From: Auanema rhodensis
Taxonomy: Eukaryota; Animalia; Nematoda
Direction of reading: 5' to 3'
Assembly (NCBI GenBank): GCA_964057225.1
Contig: OZ059899.1
Location: 19,964,001-20,028,000, forward strand
Length of the DNA: 64,000 bases
Translations under genes and position numbers: made by a program
In this document: in pieces, positions 1 to 11,300 of the stretch
Layout: each line of letters begins with the position of its first letter
Position numbering within the stretch: position 1 is the stretch's first letter
The notes under the pieces: model-generated
What the model was told of the DNA's origin: nothing
The model's database searches: none
What the model saw: the letters and a program-made list of their open reading frames with translations, nothing else

Positions 1-15
1 AGGGTGAAAATCGAG

Positions 16-46
16 GATATAAGTGTGAACTTATATCAGTTGATAT
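16..46. repeat. Overlapping inverted repeats in each monomer: GATATAAGT-gtga-ACTTATATC (16-37) and ATATCA-gt-TGATAT (33-46)
   Basis: Perfect 9-bp and 6-bp arms checked by eye; they share 33-37 and so are mutually exclusive as hairpins. Confidence 0.9.
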
Positions 47-50
47 CTCG

Positions 51-120
51 GTGCATTTTTAAGCTAGCGCAAATCTAATAACACAGATCGACGCAGCTTA
101 AAAATTCGCATCGAATGCAC
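51..120. repeat. Long imperfect inverted repeat in each monomer: ATTTTTAAGCT(55-65)/AGCTTAAAAAT(95-105), inner GCG/CGC and ATCTG/CAGAT; alternative outer pair GTGCATT(51-57)/AATGCAC(114-120)
   Basis: Reverse-complement matches checked by eye. The inner ATCTG arm is present in the majority G77 allele; monomer 1 has A77. Confidence 0.9.
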
Positions 121-188
121 TATACTGCATTGAGAAACGCTTAATACAAAAGTTAGTTATGATCGTTTGAAAAAAGATGCATTAGTGT

Positions 189-216
189 ATGTTGAGTTTC
201 CATGTACACTCAACAT
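189..216. repeat. Inverted repeat ATGTTGAGT-N10-ACTCAACAT in each monomer
   Basis: Perfect 9-bp arms with a 10-nt spacer. Confidence 0.92.
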
Positions 217-223
217 TGCTTCC

Positions 224-289
224 AAAAACATTTTTACAAAAATTTTTCCGAAAAATTTCGAAATAATTTCGCAAAAAGTAGATGTTTTT
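224..289. repeat. A/T-tract palindrome cluster in each monomer: AAATTTTTC-c-GAAAAATTT (240-258), ATTTCGAAAT (255-264), CGAAAT-a-ATTTCG (259-271), bracketed by AAAAACAT/ATGTTTTT (224-231/282-289)
   Basis: Read directly in monomer 1; some of these palindromes depend on the allele. Confidence 0.85.
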
Positions 290-3200
290 AGATTCCTTTT
301 TTCAAGGCAAAGACGATGGACATTGTTATTCAACGAAAAAATTGATTCTGCAGGGTGAAAATCGAGGATATAAGTGTGAACTTATATCAGTTGATATCTC
401 GGTGCATTTTTAAGCTAGCGCAAATCTGATAACACAGATCGACGCAGCTTAAAAATCCGCATCGAATGCACTATACAACATTGAGAAACGCTTAACACAA
501 AAATTAGTTATGATCGTTTGAAAAATGATGCATTAGTGTATGTTGAGTTTCCATGTACACTCAACATTGCTTCCAAAAACATTTTGACAAAAATTTTTCC
601 GAAAAATTTCGAAATAATTTCGCAAAAAGTAGATGTTTTCAGATTCCTTTTTTCAAGGCAAAGACGATGGACATTGTTATTCAACGAAAAAATTGATTCT
701 GCAGGGTGAAAATCGAGGATATAAGTGTGAACTTATATCAGTTGATATCTCGGTGCATTTTTAAGCTAGCGCAAATCTGATAACACAGCTCGACGCAGCT
801 TAAAAATCCGCATCGAATGCACTATACAACATTGAGAAACGCTTAATACAAAAATTAGTTATAATCGTTTGAAAAATGATGCATTAGTGTATGTTGAGTT
901 TCCATGTACACTCAACATTGCTTCCAAAAACATTTTGACAAAAATTTTTCCGAAAAATTTCGAAATAATTTCGCAAAAAGTAGATGTTTTCAGATTCCTT
1001 TTTTCAAGGCAAAGACGATGGACATTGTTATTCAACGAAAAAATTGATTCTGCAGGGTGAAAATCGAGGATATAAGTGTGAACTTATATCAGTTGATATC
1101 TCGGTGCATTTTTAAGCTAGCGCAAATCTGATAACACAGCTCGACGCAGCTTAAAAATCCGCATCGAATGCACTATACTACATTGAAAAACGCTTAATAC
1201 AAAAATTAGTTATGATCGTTTGAAAAATGATGCATTAGTGTATGTTGAGTTTCCATGTACACTCAACATTGCTTCCAAAAACATTTTGACAAAAATTTTT
1301 CCGAAAAATTTCGAAATAATTTCGCAAAAAGTAGATGTTTTCAGATTCCTTTTTTCAAGGCAAAGACGATGGACATTGTTATTCAACGAAAAAATTGATT
1401 CTGCAGGGTGAAAATCGAGGATATAAGTGTGAACTTATATCAGTTGATATCTCGGTGCATTTTTAAGCTAGCGCAAATCTGATAACACAGCTCGACGCAG
1501 CTTAAAAATCCGCATCGAATGCACTATACTACATTGAAAAACGCTTAATACAAAAATTAGTTATGATCGTTTGAAAAATGATGCATTAGTGTATGTTGAG
1601 TTTCCATGTACACTCAACATTGCTTCCAAAAACATTTTGACAAAAATTTTTCCAAAAAATTTCAAAATAATTTCGCAAAAAGTAAATGTTTTTAGATTCC
1701 TTTCTCCAAGGCAAAGACGATGGACAATGTTATTCAACGAGAAAATTAATTCTGCAGGGTGAAAATCGAGGATATAAGTGTGAATTTATATCAGTTGATA
1801 TCTCGGTGCATTTTTAAGCTAGCGCAAATCTGATAACACAGATCGACGCAGCTTAAAAATCCGCATCGAATGCACTATACTACATTGAGAAACGCTTGAT
1901 ACAAAAATTAGTTATGATCGTTTGAAAAAAGATGCATTAGTGTATGTTGAGTTTCCATGTACACTCAACATTGCTTCCAAAAACATTTTGACAAAAATTT
2001 TTCCGAAAAATTTCGAAATAATTTCGCAAAAAGTAGATGTTTTCAGTTTCCTTTTTTCAAGGCAAAGACGATGGACATTGTTATTCAACGAAAAAATTGA
2101 TTCTGCAGGGTGAAAATCGAGGATATAAGTGTGAACTTATATCAGTTGATATCTCGGTGCATTTTTAAGCTAGCGCAAATCTGATAACACAGCTCGACGC
2201 AGCTTAAAAATCCGCATCGAATGCACTATACAACATTGAGAAACGCTTAATACAAAAATTAGTTATAATCGTTTGAAAAATGATGCATTAGTGTATGTTG
2301 AGTTTCCATGTACACTCAACATTGCTTCCAAAAACATTTTGACAAAAATTTTTCCGAAAAATTTCGAAATAATTTCGCAAAAAGTAGATGTTTTCAGATT
2401 CCTTTTTTCAAGGCAAAGACGATGGACATTGTTATTCAACGAAAAAATTGATTCTGCAGGGTGAAAATCGAGGATATAAGTGTGAACTTATATCAGTTGA
2501 TATCTCGGTGCATTTTTAAGCTAACGCAAATCTGATAACACAGCTCGACGCAGCTTAAAAATCCGCATCGAATGCACTATACAACATTGAGAAACGCTTA
2601 ATACAAAAATTAGTTATAATCGTTTGAAAAATGATGCATTAGTGTATGTTGAGTTTCCATGTACACTCAACATTGCTTCCAAAAACATTTTGACAAAAAT
2701 TTTTCCGAAAAATTTCGAGATAATTTCGCAAAAAGTAGATGTTTTTAGATTCCTTTTTTCAAGGCAAAGACGATGGACATTGTTATTCAACGAAAAAATT
2801 GATTCTGCAGGGTGAAAATCGAGGATATAAGTGTGAACTTATATCAGTTGATATCTCGGTGCATTTTTAAGCTAGCGCAAATCTGATAACACAGATCGAC
2901 GCAGCTTAAGAATCCGCATCGAATGCACTATACAACATTGAGAAACGCTTAATACAAAAATTAGTTATGATCGTTTGAAAAATGATGCATTAGTGTATGT
3001 TGAGTTTCCATGTACACTCAACATTGCTTCCAAAAACATTTTTACAAAAATTTTTCCGAAAAATTTCGAAATAATTTCGCAAAAAGTAGATGTTTTTAGA
3101 TTCCTTTTTTCAAGGCAAAGACGATGGACATTGTTATTCAACGAAAAAATTGATTCTGCAGGGTGAAAATCGAGGATATAAGTGTGAACTTATATCAGTT

Positions 3201-5352
3201 GATATCTCGGTGCATTTTTAAGCTAGCGCAAATCTAATAACACAGATCGACGCAGCTTAAAAATTCGCATCGAATGCACTATACTGCATTGAGAAACGCT
3301 TAATACAAAAGTTAGTTATGATCGTTTGAAAAAAGATGCATTAGTGTATGTTGAGTTTCCATGTACACTCAACATTGCTTCCAAAAACATTTTTACAAAA
3401 ATTTTTCCGAAAAATTTCGAAATAATTTCGCAAAAAGTAGATGTTTTTAGATTCCTTTTTTCAAGGCAAAGACGATGGACATTGTTATTCAACGAAAAAA
3501 TTGATTCTGCAGGGTGAAAATCGAGGATATAAGTGTGAACTTATATCAGTTGATATCTCGGTGCATTTTTAAGCTAGCGCAAATCTGATAACACAGATCG
3601 ACGCAGCTTAAAAATCCGCATCGAATGCACTATACAACATTGAGAAACGCTTAACACAAAAATTAGTTATGATCGTTTGAAAAATGATGCATTAGTGTAT
3701 GTTGAGTTTCCATGTACACTCAACATTGCTTCCAAAAACATTTTGACAAAAATTTTTCCGAAAAATTTCGAAATAATTTCGCAAAAAGTAGATGTTTTCA
3801 GATTCCTTTTTTCAAGGCAAAGACGATGGACATTGTTATTCAACGAAAAAATTGATTCTGCAGGGTGAAAATCGAGGATATAAGTGTGAACTTATATCAG
3901 TTGATATCTCGGTGCATTTTTAAGCTAGCGCAAATCTGATAACACAGCTCGACGCAGCTTAAAAATCCGCATCGAATGCACTATACAACATTGAGAAACG
4001 CTTAATACAAAAATTAGTTATAATCGTTTGAAAAATGATGCATTAGTGTATGTTGAGTTTCCATGTACACTCAACATTGCTTCCAAAAACATTTTGACAA
4101 AAATTTTTCCGAAAAATTTCGAAATAATTTCGCAAAAAGTAGATGTTTTCAGATTCCTTTTTTCAAGGCAAAGACGATGGACATTGTTATTCAACGAAAA
4201 AATTGATTCTGCAGGGTGAAAATCGAGGATATAAGTGTGAACTTATATCAGTTGATATCTCGGTGCATTTTTAAGCTAGCGCAAATCTGATAACACAGCT
4301 CGACGCAGCTTAAAAATCCGCATCGAATGCACTATACTACATTGAAAAACGCTTAATACAAAAATTAGTTATGATCGTTTGAAAAATGATGCATTAGTGT
4401 ATGTTGAGTTTCCATGTACACTCAACATTGCTTCCAAAAACATTTTGACAAAAATTTTTCCGAAAAATTTCGAAATAATTTCGCAAAAAGTAGATGTTTT
4501 CAGATTCCTTTTTTCAAGGCAAAGACGATGGACATTGTTATTCAACGAAAAAATTGATTCTGCAGGGTGAAAATCGAGGATATAAGTGTGAACTTATATC
4601 AGTTGATATCTCGGTGCATTTTTAAGCTAGCGCAAATCTGATAACACAGCTCGACGCAGCTTAAAAATCCGCATCGAATGCACTATACTACATTGAAAAA
4701 CGCTTAATACAAAAATTAGTTATGATCGTTTGAAAAATGATGCATTAGTGTATGTTGAGTTTCCATGTACACTCAACATTGCTTCCAAAAACATTTTGAC
4801 AAAAATTTTTCCAAAAAATTTCAAAATAATTTCGCAAAAAGTAAATGTTTTTAGATTCCTTTCTCCAAGGCAAAGACGATGGACAATGTTATTCAACGAG
4901 AAAATTAATTCTGCAGGGTGAAAATCGAGGATATAAGTGTGAATTTATATCAGTTGATATCTCGGTGCATTTTTAAGCTAGCGCAAATCTGATAACACAG
5001 ATCGACGCAGCTTAAAAATCCGCATCGAATGCACTATACTACATTGAGAAACGCTTGATACAAAAATTAGTTATGATCGTTTGAAAAAAGATGCATTAGT
5101 GTATGTTGAGTTTCCATGTACACTCAACATTGCTTCCAAAAACATTTTGACAAAAATTTTTCCGAAAAATTTCGAAATAATTTCGCAAAAAGTAGATGTT
5201 TTCAGATTCCTTTTTTCAAGGCAAAGACGATGGACATTGTTATTCAACGAAAAAATTGATTCTGCAGGGTGAAAATCGAGGATATAAGTGTGAACTTATA
5301 TCAGTTGATATCTCGGTGCATTTTTAAGCTAGCGCAAATCTGATAACACAGC

Positions 5353-8300
5353 TCGACGCAGCTTAAAAATCCGCATCGAATGCACTGTACTACATTGAAA
5401 AACGCTTAATACAAAAATTAGTTATGATCGTTTGAAAAATGATGCATTAGTGTATGTTGAGTTTCCATGTACACTCAACATTGCTTCCAAAAACATTTTG
5501 ACAAAAATTTTTCCAAAAAATTTCAAAATAATTTCGCAAAAAGTAAATGTTTTTAGATTTCTTTCTCCAAGGCAAAGACGATGGACAATGTTATTCAACG
5601 AAAAAATTAATTCTGCAGGGTGAAAATCGAGGATATAAGTGTGAATTTATATCAGTTGATATCTCGGTGCATTTTTAAGCTAGCGCAAATCTGATAACAC
5701 AGATCGACGCAGCTTAAAAATCCGCTTCGAATGCACTATACTACATTGAGAAACGCTTAACACAAAAATTAGTTATAATCGTTTGAAAAAAGATGCATTA
5801 GTGTATGTTGAGTTTCCATGTACACTCAACATTGCTTCCAAAAACATTTTGACAAAAATTTTTCCGAAAAATTTCAAAATAATTTCGCAAAAAGTAGATG
5901 TTTTTAGATTCCTTTTTTCAAGGCAAAAACGATGGACAAAGTTATTCAACGAAAAAATTAATTCTGCAGGGTGAAAATCGAGGATATAAGTGTGAACTTA
6001 TATCAGTTGATATCTCGGTGCATTTTTAAGCTAGCGCAAATCTGATAACACAGATCGACGCAGCTTAAAAATCCGCATCGAATGCACTATACAACATTGA
6101 GAAACGCTTAACACAAAAATTAGTTATAATCGTTTGAAAAATGATGCATTAGTGTATGTTGAGTTTCCATGTACACTCAACATTGCTTCCAAAAACATTT
6201 TGACAAAAATTTTTCCGGAAAATTTCGAAATAATTTCGCAAAAAGTAGATGTTTTCAGATTCCTTTTTTCAAGGCAAAGACGATGGACATTGTTATTCAA
6301 CGAAAAAATTGATTCTGCAGGGTGAAAATCGAGGATATAAGTGTGAACTTATATCAGTTGATATCTCGGTGCATTTTTAAGCTAGCGCAAATCTGATAAC
6401 ACAGCTCGACGCAGCTTAAAAATCCGCATCGAATGCACTATACTACATTGAAAAACGCTTAATTCAAAAATTAGTTATGATCGTTTGAAAAATGATGCAT
6501 TAGTGTATGTTGAGTTTCCATGTACACTCAACATTGCATCCAAAAACATTTTTACAAAAATTTTTCCGAAAAATTTCAAAATAATTTCGCAAAAAGTAGA
6601 TGTTTTTAGATTCCTTTTTTTAAGGCAAAAACGATGGACAATGTTATTCAACGAAAAAATTAATTCTGCAGGGTGAAAATCGAGGATATAAGTGTGAATT
6701 TATATCAGTTGATATCTCGGTGCATTTTCAAGCTAGCGCAAATCTGATAACACAGATCGACGCAGCTTAAAAATCCGCATCGAATGCACTATACTACATT
6801 GAGAAACGCTTGATACAAAAATTAGTTATGATCGTTTGAAAAAAGATGCATTAGTGTATGTTGAGTTTCCATGTACACTCAACATTGCTTCCAAAAACAT
6901 TTTTACAAAAATTTTTCCGAAAAATTTCAAAATAATTTCGCAAAAAGTAGATGTTTTTAGATTCCTTTTTTTAAGGCAAAAACGATGGACAATGTAATTC
7001 AACGAAAAAATTAATTCTGCAGGGTGAAAATCGAGGATATAAGTGTGAATTTATATCAGTTGATATCTCGGTGCATTTTTAAGCTAGCGCAAATCTGATA
7101 ACACAGATCGACGCAGCTTAAAAATCCGCATCGAATGCACTATACTACATTGAGAAACGCTTGATACAAAAATTAGTTATGATCGTTTGAAAAAAGATGC
7201 ATTAGTGTATGTTGAGTTTCCATGTACACTCAACATTGCTTCCAAAAACATTTTGACAAAAATTTTTTCAAAAAATTTCAAAATAATTTCGCAAAAAGTA
7301 AATGTTTTTAGATTCCTTTCTCCAAGGCAAAGACGATGGACAATGTTATTCAACGAAAAAATTAATTCTGCAGGGTGAAAATCGAGGATATAAGTGTGAA
7401 CTTATATCAGTTGATATCTCGGTGCATTTTTAAGGTAGCGCAAATCTGATAACACAGATCGACGCAGCTTAAAAATCCGCATCGAATGCACTATACTACA
7501 TTGAAAAACGCTTATACAAAAATTAGTTATGATCGTTTGAAAAAAGATGCATTAGTGTATGTTGAGTTTCCATGTACACTCAACATTGCTTCCAAAAACA
7601 TTTTGACAAAAATTTTTCCGAAAAATTTCAAAATAATTTCGCAAAAAGTAGATGTTTTTAGATTCCTTTTTTCAAGGCAAAGACGATGGACATTGTTATT
7701 CAACGAAAAAATTGATTCTGCAGGGTGAAAATCGAGGATATAAGTGTGAACTTATATCAGTTGATATCTCGGTGCATTTTTAAGCTAGCGCAAATCTGAT
7801 AACACAGCTCGACGCAGCTTAAAAATCCGCATCGAATGCACTATACTACATTGAAAAACGCTTAATTCAAAAATTAGTTATGATCGTTTGAAAAATGATG
7901 CATTAGTGTATGTTGAGTTTCCATGTACACTCAACATTGCATCCAAAAACATTTTTACAAAAATTTTTCCGAAAAATTTCAAAATAATTTCGCAAAAAGT
8001 AGATGTTTTTAGATTCCTTTTTTAAGGCAAAAACGATGGACAATGTTATTCAACGAAAAAATTAATTCTGCAGGGTGAAAATCGAGGATATAAGTGTGAA
8101 TTTATATCAGTTGATATCTCGGTGCATTTTCAAGCTAGCGCAAATCTGATAACACAGATCGACGCAGCTTAAAAATCCGCATCGAATGCACTATACTACA
8201 TTGAGAAACGCTTGATACAAAAATTAGTTATGATCGTTTGAAAAAAGATGCATTAGTGTATGTTGAGTTTCCATGTACACTCAACATTGCTTCCAAAAAC

Positions 8301-11300
8301 ATTTTGACAAAAATTTTTCCAAAAAATTTCAAAATAATTTCGCAAAAAGTAAATGTTTTTAGATTCCTTTCTCCAAGGCAAAGACGATGGACAATGTTAT
8401 TCAACGAAAAAATTAATTCTGCAGGGTGAAAATCGAGGATATAAGTGTGAACTTATATCAGTTGATATCTCGGTGCATTTTTAAGCTAGCGCAAATCTGA
8501 TAACACAGATCGACGCAGCTTAAAAATCCGCATCGAATGCACTATACTACATTGAAAAACGCTTAATACAAAAATTAGTTATGATCGTTTGAAAAAAGAT
8601 GCATTAGTGTATGTTGAGTTTCCATGTACACTCAACATTGCTTCCAAAAACATTTTTACAAAAATTTTTCCGAAAAATTTCAAAATAATTTCGCAAAAAG
8701 TAGATGTTTTTAGATTCCTTTTTTTAAGGCAAAAACGATGGACAATGTTATTCAACGAAAAAATTAATTCTGCAGGGTGAAAATCGAGGATATAAGTGTG
8801 AATTTATATCAGTTGATATCTCGGTGCATTTTTAAGCTAGCGCAAATCTGATAACACAGATCGACGCAGCTTAAAAATCCGCATCGAATGCACTATACTA
8901 CATTGAGAAACGCTTGATACAAAAATTAGTTATGATCGTTTGAAAAAAGATGCATTAGTGTATGTTGAGTTTCCATGTACACTCAACATTGCTTCCAAAA
9001 ACATTTTGACAAAAATTTTTTCAAAAAATTTCAAAATAATTTCGCAAAAAGTAAATGTTTTTAGATTCCTTTCTCCAAGGCAAAGACGATGGACAATGTT
9101 ATTCAACGAAAAAATTAATTCTGCAGGGTGAAAATCGAGGATATAAGTGTGAACTTATATCAGTTGATATCTCGGTGCATTTTTAAGGTAGCGCAAATCT
9201 GATAACACAGATCGACGCAGCTTAAAAATCCGCATCGAATGCACTATACTACATTGAAAAACGCTTAATACAAAAATTAGTTATGATCGTTTGAGAAAAG
9301 ATGCATTAGTGTATGTTGAGTTTCCATGTACACTCAACATTGCTTCCAAAAACATTTTGACAAAAATTTTTCCGAAAAATTTCAAAATAATTTCGCAAAA
9401 AGTAGATGTTTTTAGATTCCTTTTTTTAAGGCAAAAACGATGGACAATGTTATTCAACGAAAAAATTAATTCTGCAGGGTGAAAATCGAGGATATAAGTG
9501 TGAATTTATATCAGTTGATATCTCGGTGCATTTTCAAGCTAGCGCAAATCTGATAACACAGATCGACGCAGCTTAAAAATCCGCATCGAATGCACTATAC
9601 TACATTGAGAAACGCTTGATACAAAAATTAGTTATGATCGTTTGAAAAAAGATGCATTAGTGTATGTTGAGTTTCCATGTACACTCAACATTGCTTCCAA
9701 AAACATTTTTACAAAAATTTTTCCGAAAAATTTCAAAATAATTTCGCAAAAAGTAGATGTTTTTAGATTCCTTTTTTTAAGGCAAAAACGATGGACAATG
9801 TTATTCAACGAAAAAATTAATTCTGCAGGGTGAAAATCGAGGATATAAGTGTGAATTTATATCAGTTGATATCTCGGTGCATTTTCAAGCTAGCGCAAAT
9901 CTGATAACACAGATCGACGCAGCTTAAAAATCCGCATCGAATGCACTATACTACATTGAGAAACGCTTGATACAAAAATTAGTTATGATCGTTTGAAAAA
10001 AGATGCATTAGTGTATGTTGAGTTTCCATGTACACTCAACATTGCTTCCAAAAACATTTTTACAAAAATTTTTCCGAAAAATTTCAAAATAATTTCGCAA
10101 AAAGTAGATGTTTTTAGATTCCTTTTTTTAAGGCAAAAACGATGGACAATGTTATTCAACGAAAAAATTAATTCTGCAGGGTGAAAATCGAGGATATAAG
10201 TGTGAACTTATATCAGTTGATATCTCGGTGCATTTTTAAGGTAGCGCAAATCTGATAACACAGATCGACGCAGCTTAAAAATCCGCATCGAATGCACTGT
10301 ACTACATTGAAAAACGCTTAATACAAAAATTAGTTATGATCGTTTGAAAAATGATGCATTAGTGTATGTTGAGTTTCCATGTACACTCAACATTGCTTCC
10401 AAAAACATTTTGACAAAAATTTTTCCAAAAAATTTCAAAATAATTTCGCAAAAAGTAAATGTTTTTAGATTTCTTTCTCCAAGGCAAAGACGATGGACAA
10501 TGTTATTCAACGAAAAAATTAATTCTGCAGGGTGAAAATCGAGGATATAAGTGTGAATTTATATCAGTTGATATCTCGGTGCATTTTTAAGCTAGCGCAA
10601 ATCTGATAACACAGATCGACGCAGCTTAAAAATCCGCTTCGAATGCACTATACTACATTGAGAAACGCTTAACACAAAAATTAGTTATAATCGTTTGAAA
10701 AAAGATGCATTAGTGTATGTTGAGTTTCCATGTACACTCAACATTGCTTCCAAAAACATTTTGACAAAAATTTTTCCGAAAAATTTCAAAATAATTTCGC
10801 AAAAAGTAGATGTTTTTAGATTCCTTTTTTCAAGGCAAAAACGATGGACAAAGTTATTCAACGAAAAAATTAATTCTGCAGGGTGAAAATCGAGGATATA
10901 AGTGTGAACTTATATCAGTTGATATCTCGGTGCATTTTTAAGCTAGCGCAAATCTGATAACACAGATCGACGCAGCTTAAAAATCCGCATCGAATGCACT
11001 ATACAACATTGAGAAACGCTTAACACAAAAATTAGTTATAATCGTTTGAAAAATGATGCATTAGTGTATGTTGAGTTTCCATGTACACTCAACATTGCTT
11101 CCAAAAACATTTTGACAAAAATTTTTCCGGAAAATTTCGAAATAATTTCGCAAAAAGTAGATGTTTTCAGATTCCTTTTTTCAAGGCAAAGACGATGGAC
11201 ATTGTTATTCAACGAAAAAATTGATTCTGCAGGGTGAAAATCGAGGATATAAGTGTGAACTTATATCAGTTGATATCTCGGTGCATTTTTAAGCTAGCGC

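Larger units (their letters stand above)
1..351. repeat. Representative monomer (arbitrary phase), with PstI CTGCAG spanning the junction (348-353), EcoRV (42-47), NheI (63-68) and NsiI (177-182) sites
   Basis: Read directly; 114/351 G+C; many A4-7/T4-7 tracts. Confidence 0.97.
1..5204. repeat. 9-monomer higher-order repeat (period 3159 bp), ~1.65 copies visible
   Basis: Private variants repeat at +3159: T106/3265, G127/3286, G152/3311, G1741/4900. Identity breaks at about 2047 vs 5206. Confidence 0.9.

Noticed and set aside
322-338. CENP-B box-like motif on the minus strand (TTTCGTTGAATAACAAT)
   Set aside because: It matches TTCG and the central A of NTTCGNNNNANNCGGGN but lacks the essential CGGG; plausible by chance.
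1-351. Tandem 5S rRNA, tRNA, snRNA or spliced-leader RNA gene unit
   Set aside because: I recognised no 5S sequence, cloverleaf, A/B boxes or SL leader. An Rfam cmscan would settle it.
1-351. Monomer as a diverged dimer of ~175-bp subunits
   Set aside because: No convincing direct similarity between the halves by eye beyond short words such as ATGCA.
1-351. Assignment to a named satellite (Drosophila 1.688/359-bp, Tribolium TCAST, Pimelia PIM357)
   Set aside because: Only length and AT-richness are similar; I cannot confirm sequence homology without a search.
7486-7728. 80-aa ATG-initiated ORF (also 12398-12640)
   Set aside because: It is created by a 1-bp deletion (CTTAATAC to CTTATAC) that removes a stop and joins frames. 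It appears twice only because of the 14-mer duplication; there is no evidence of function.
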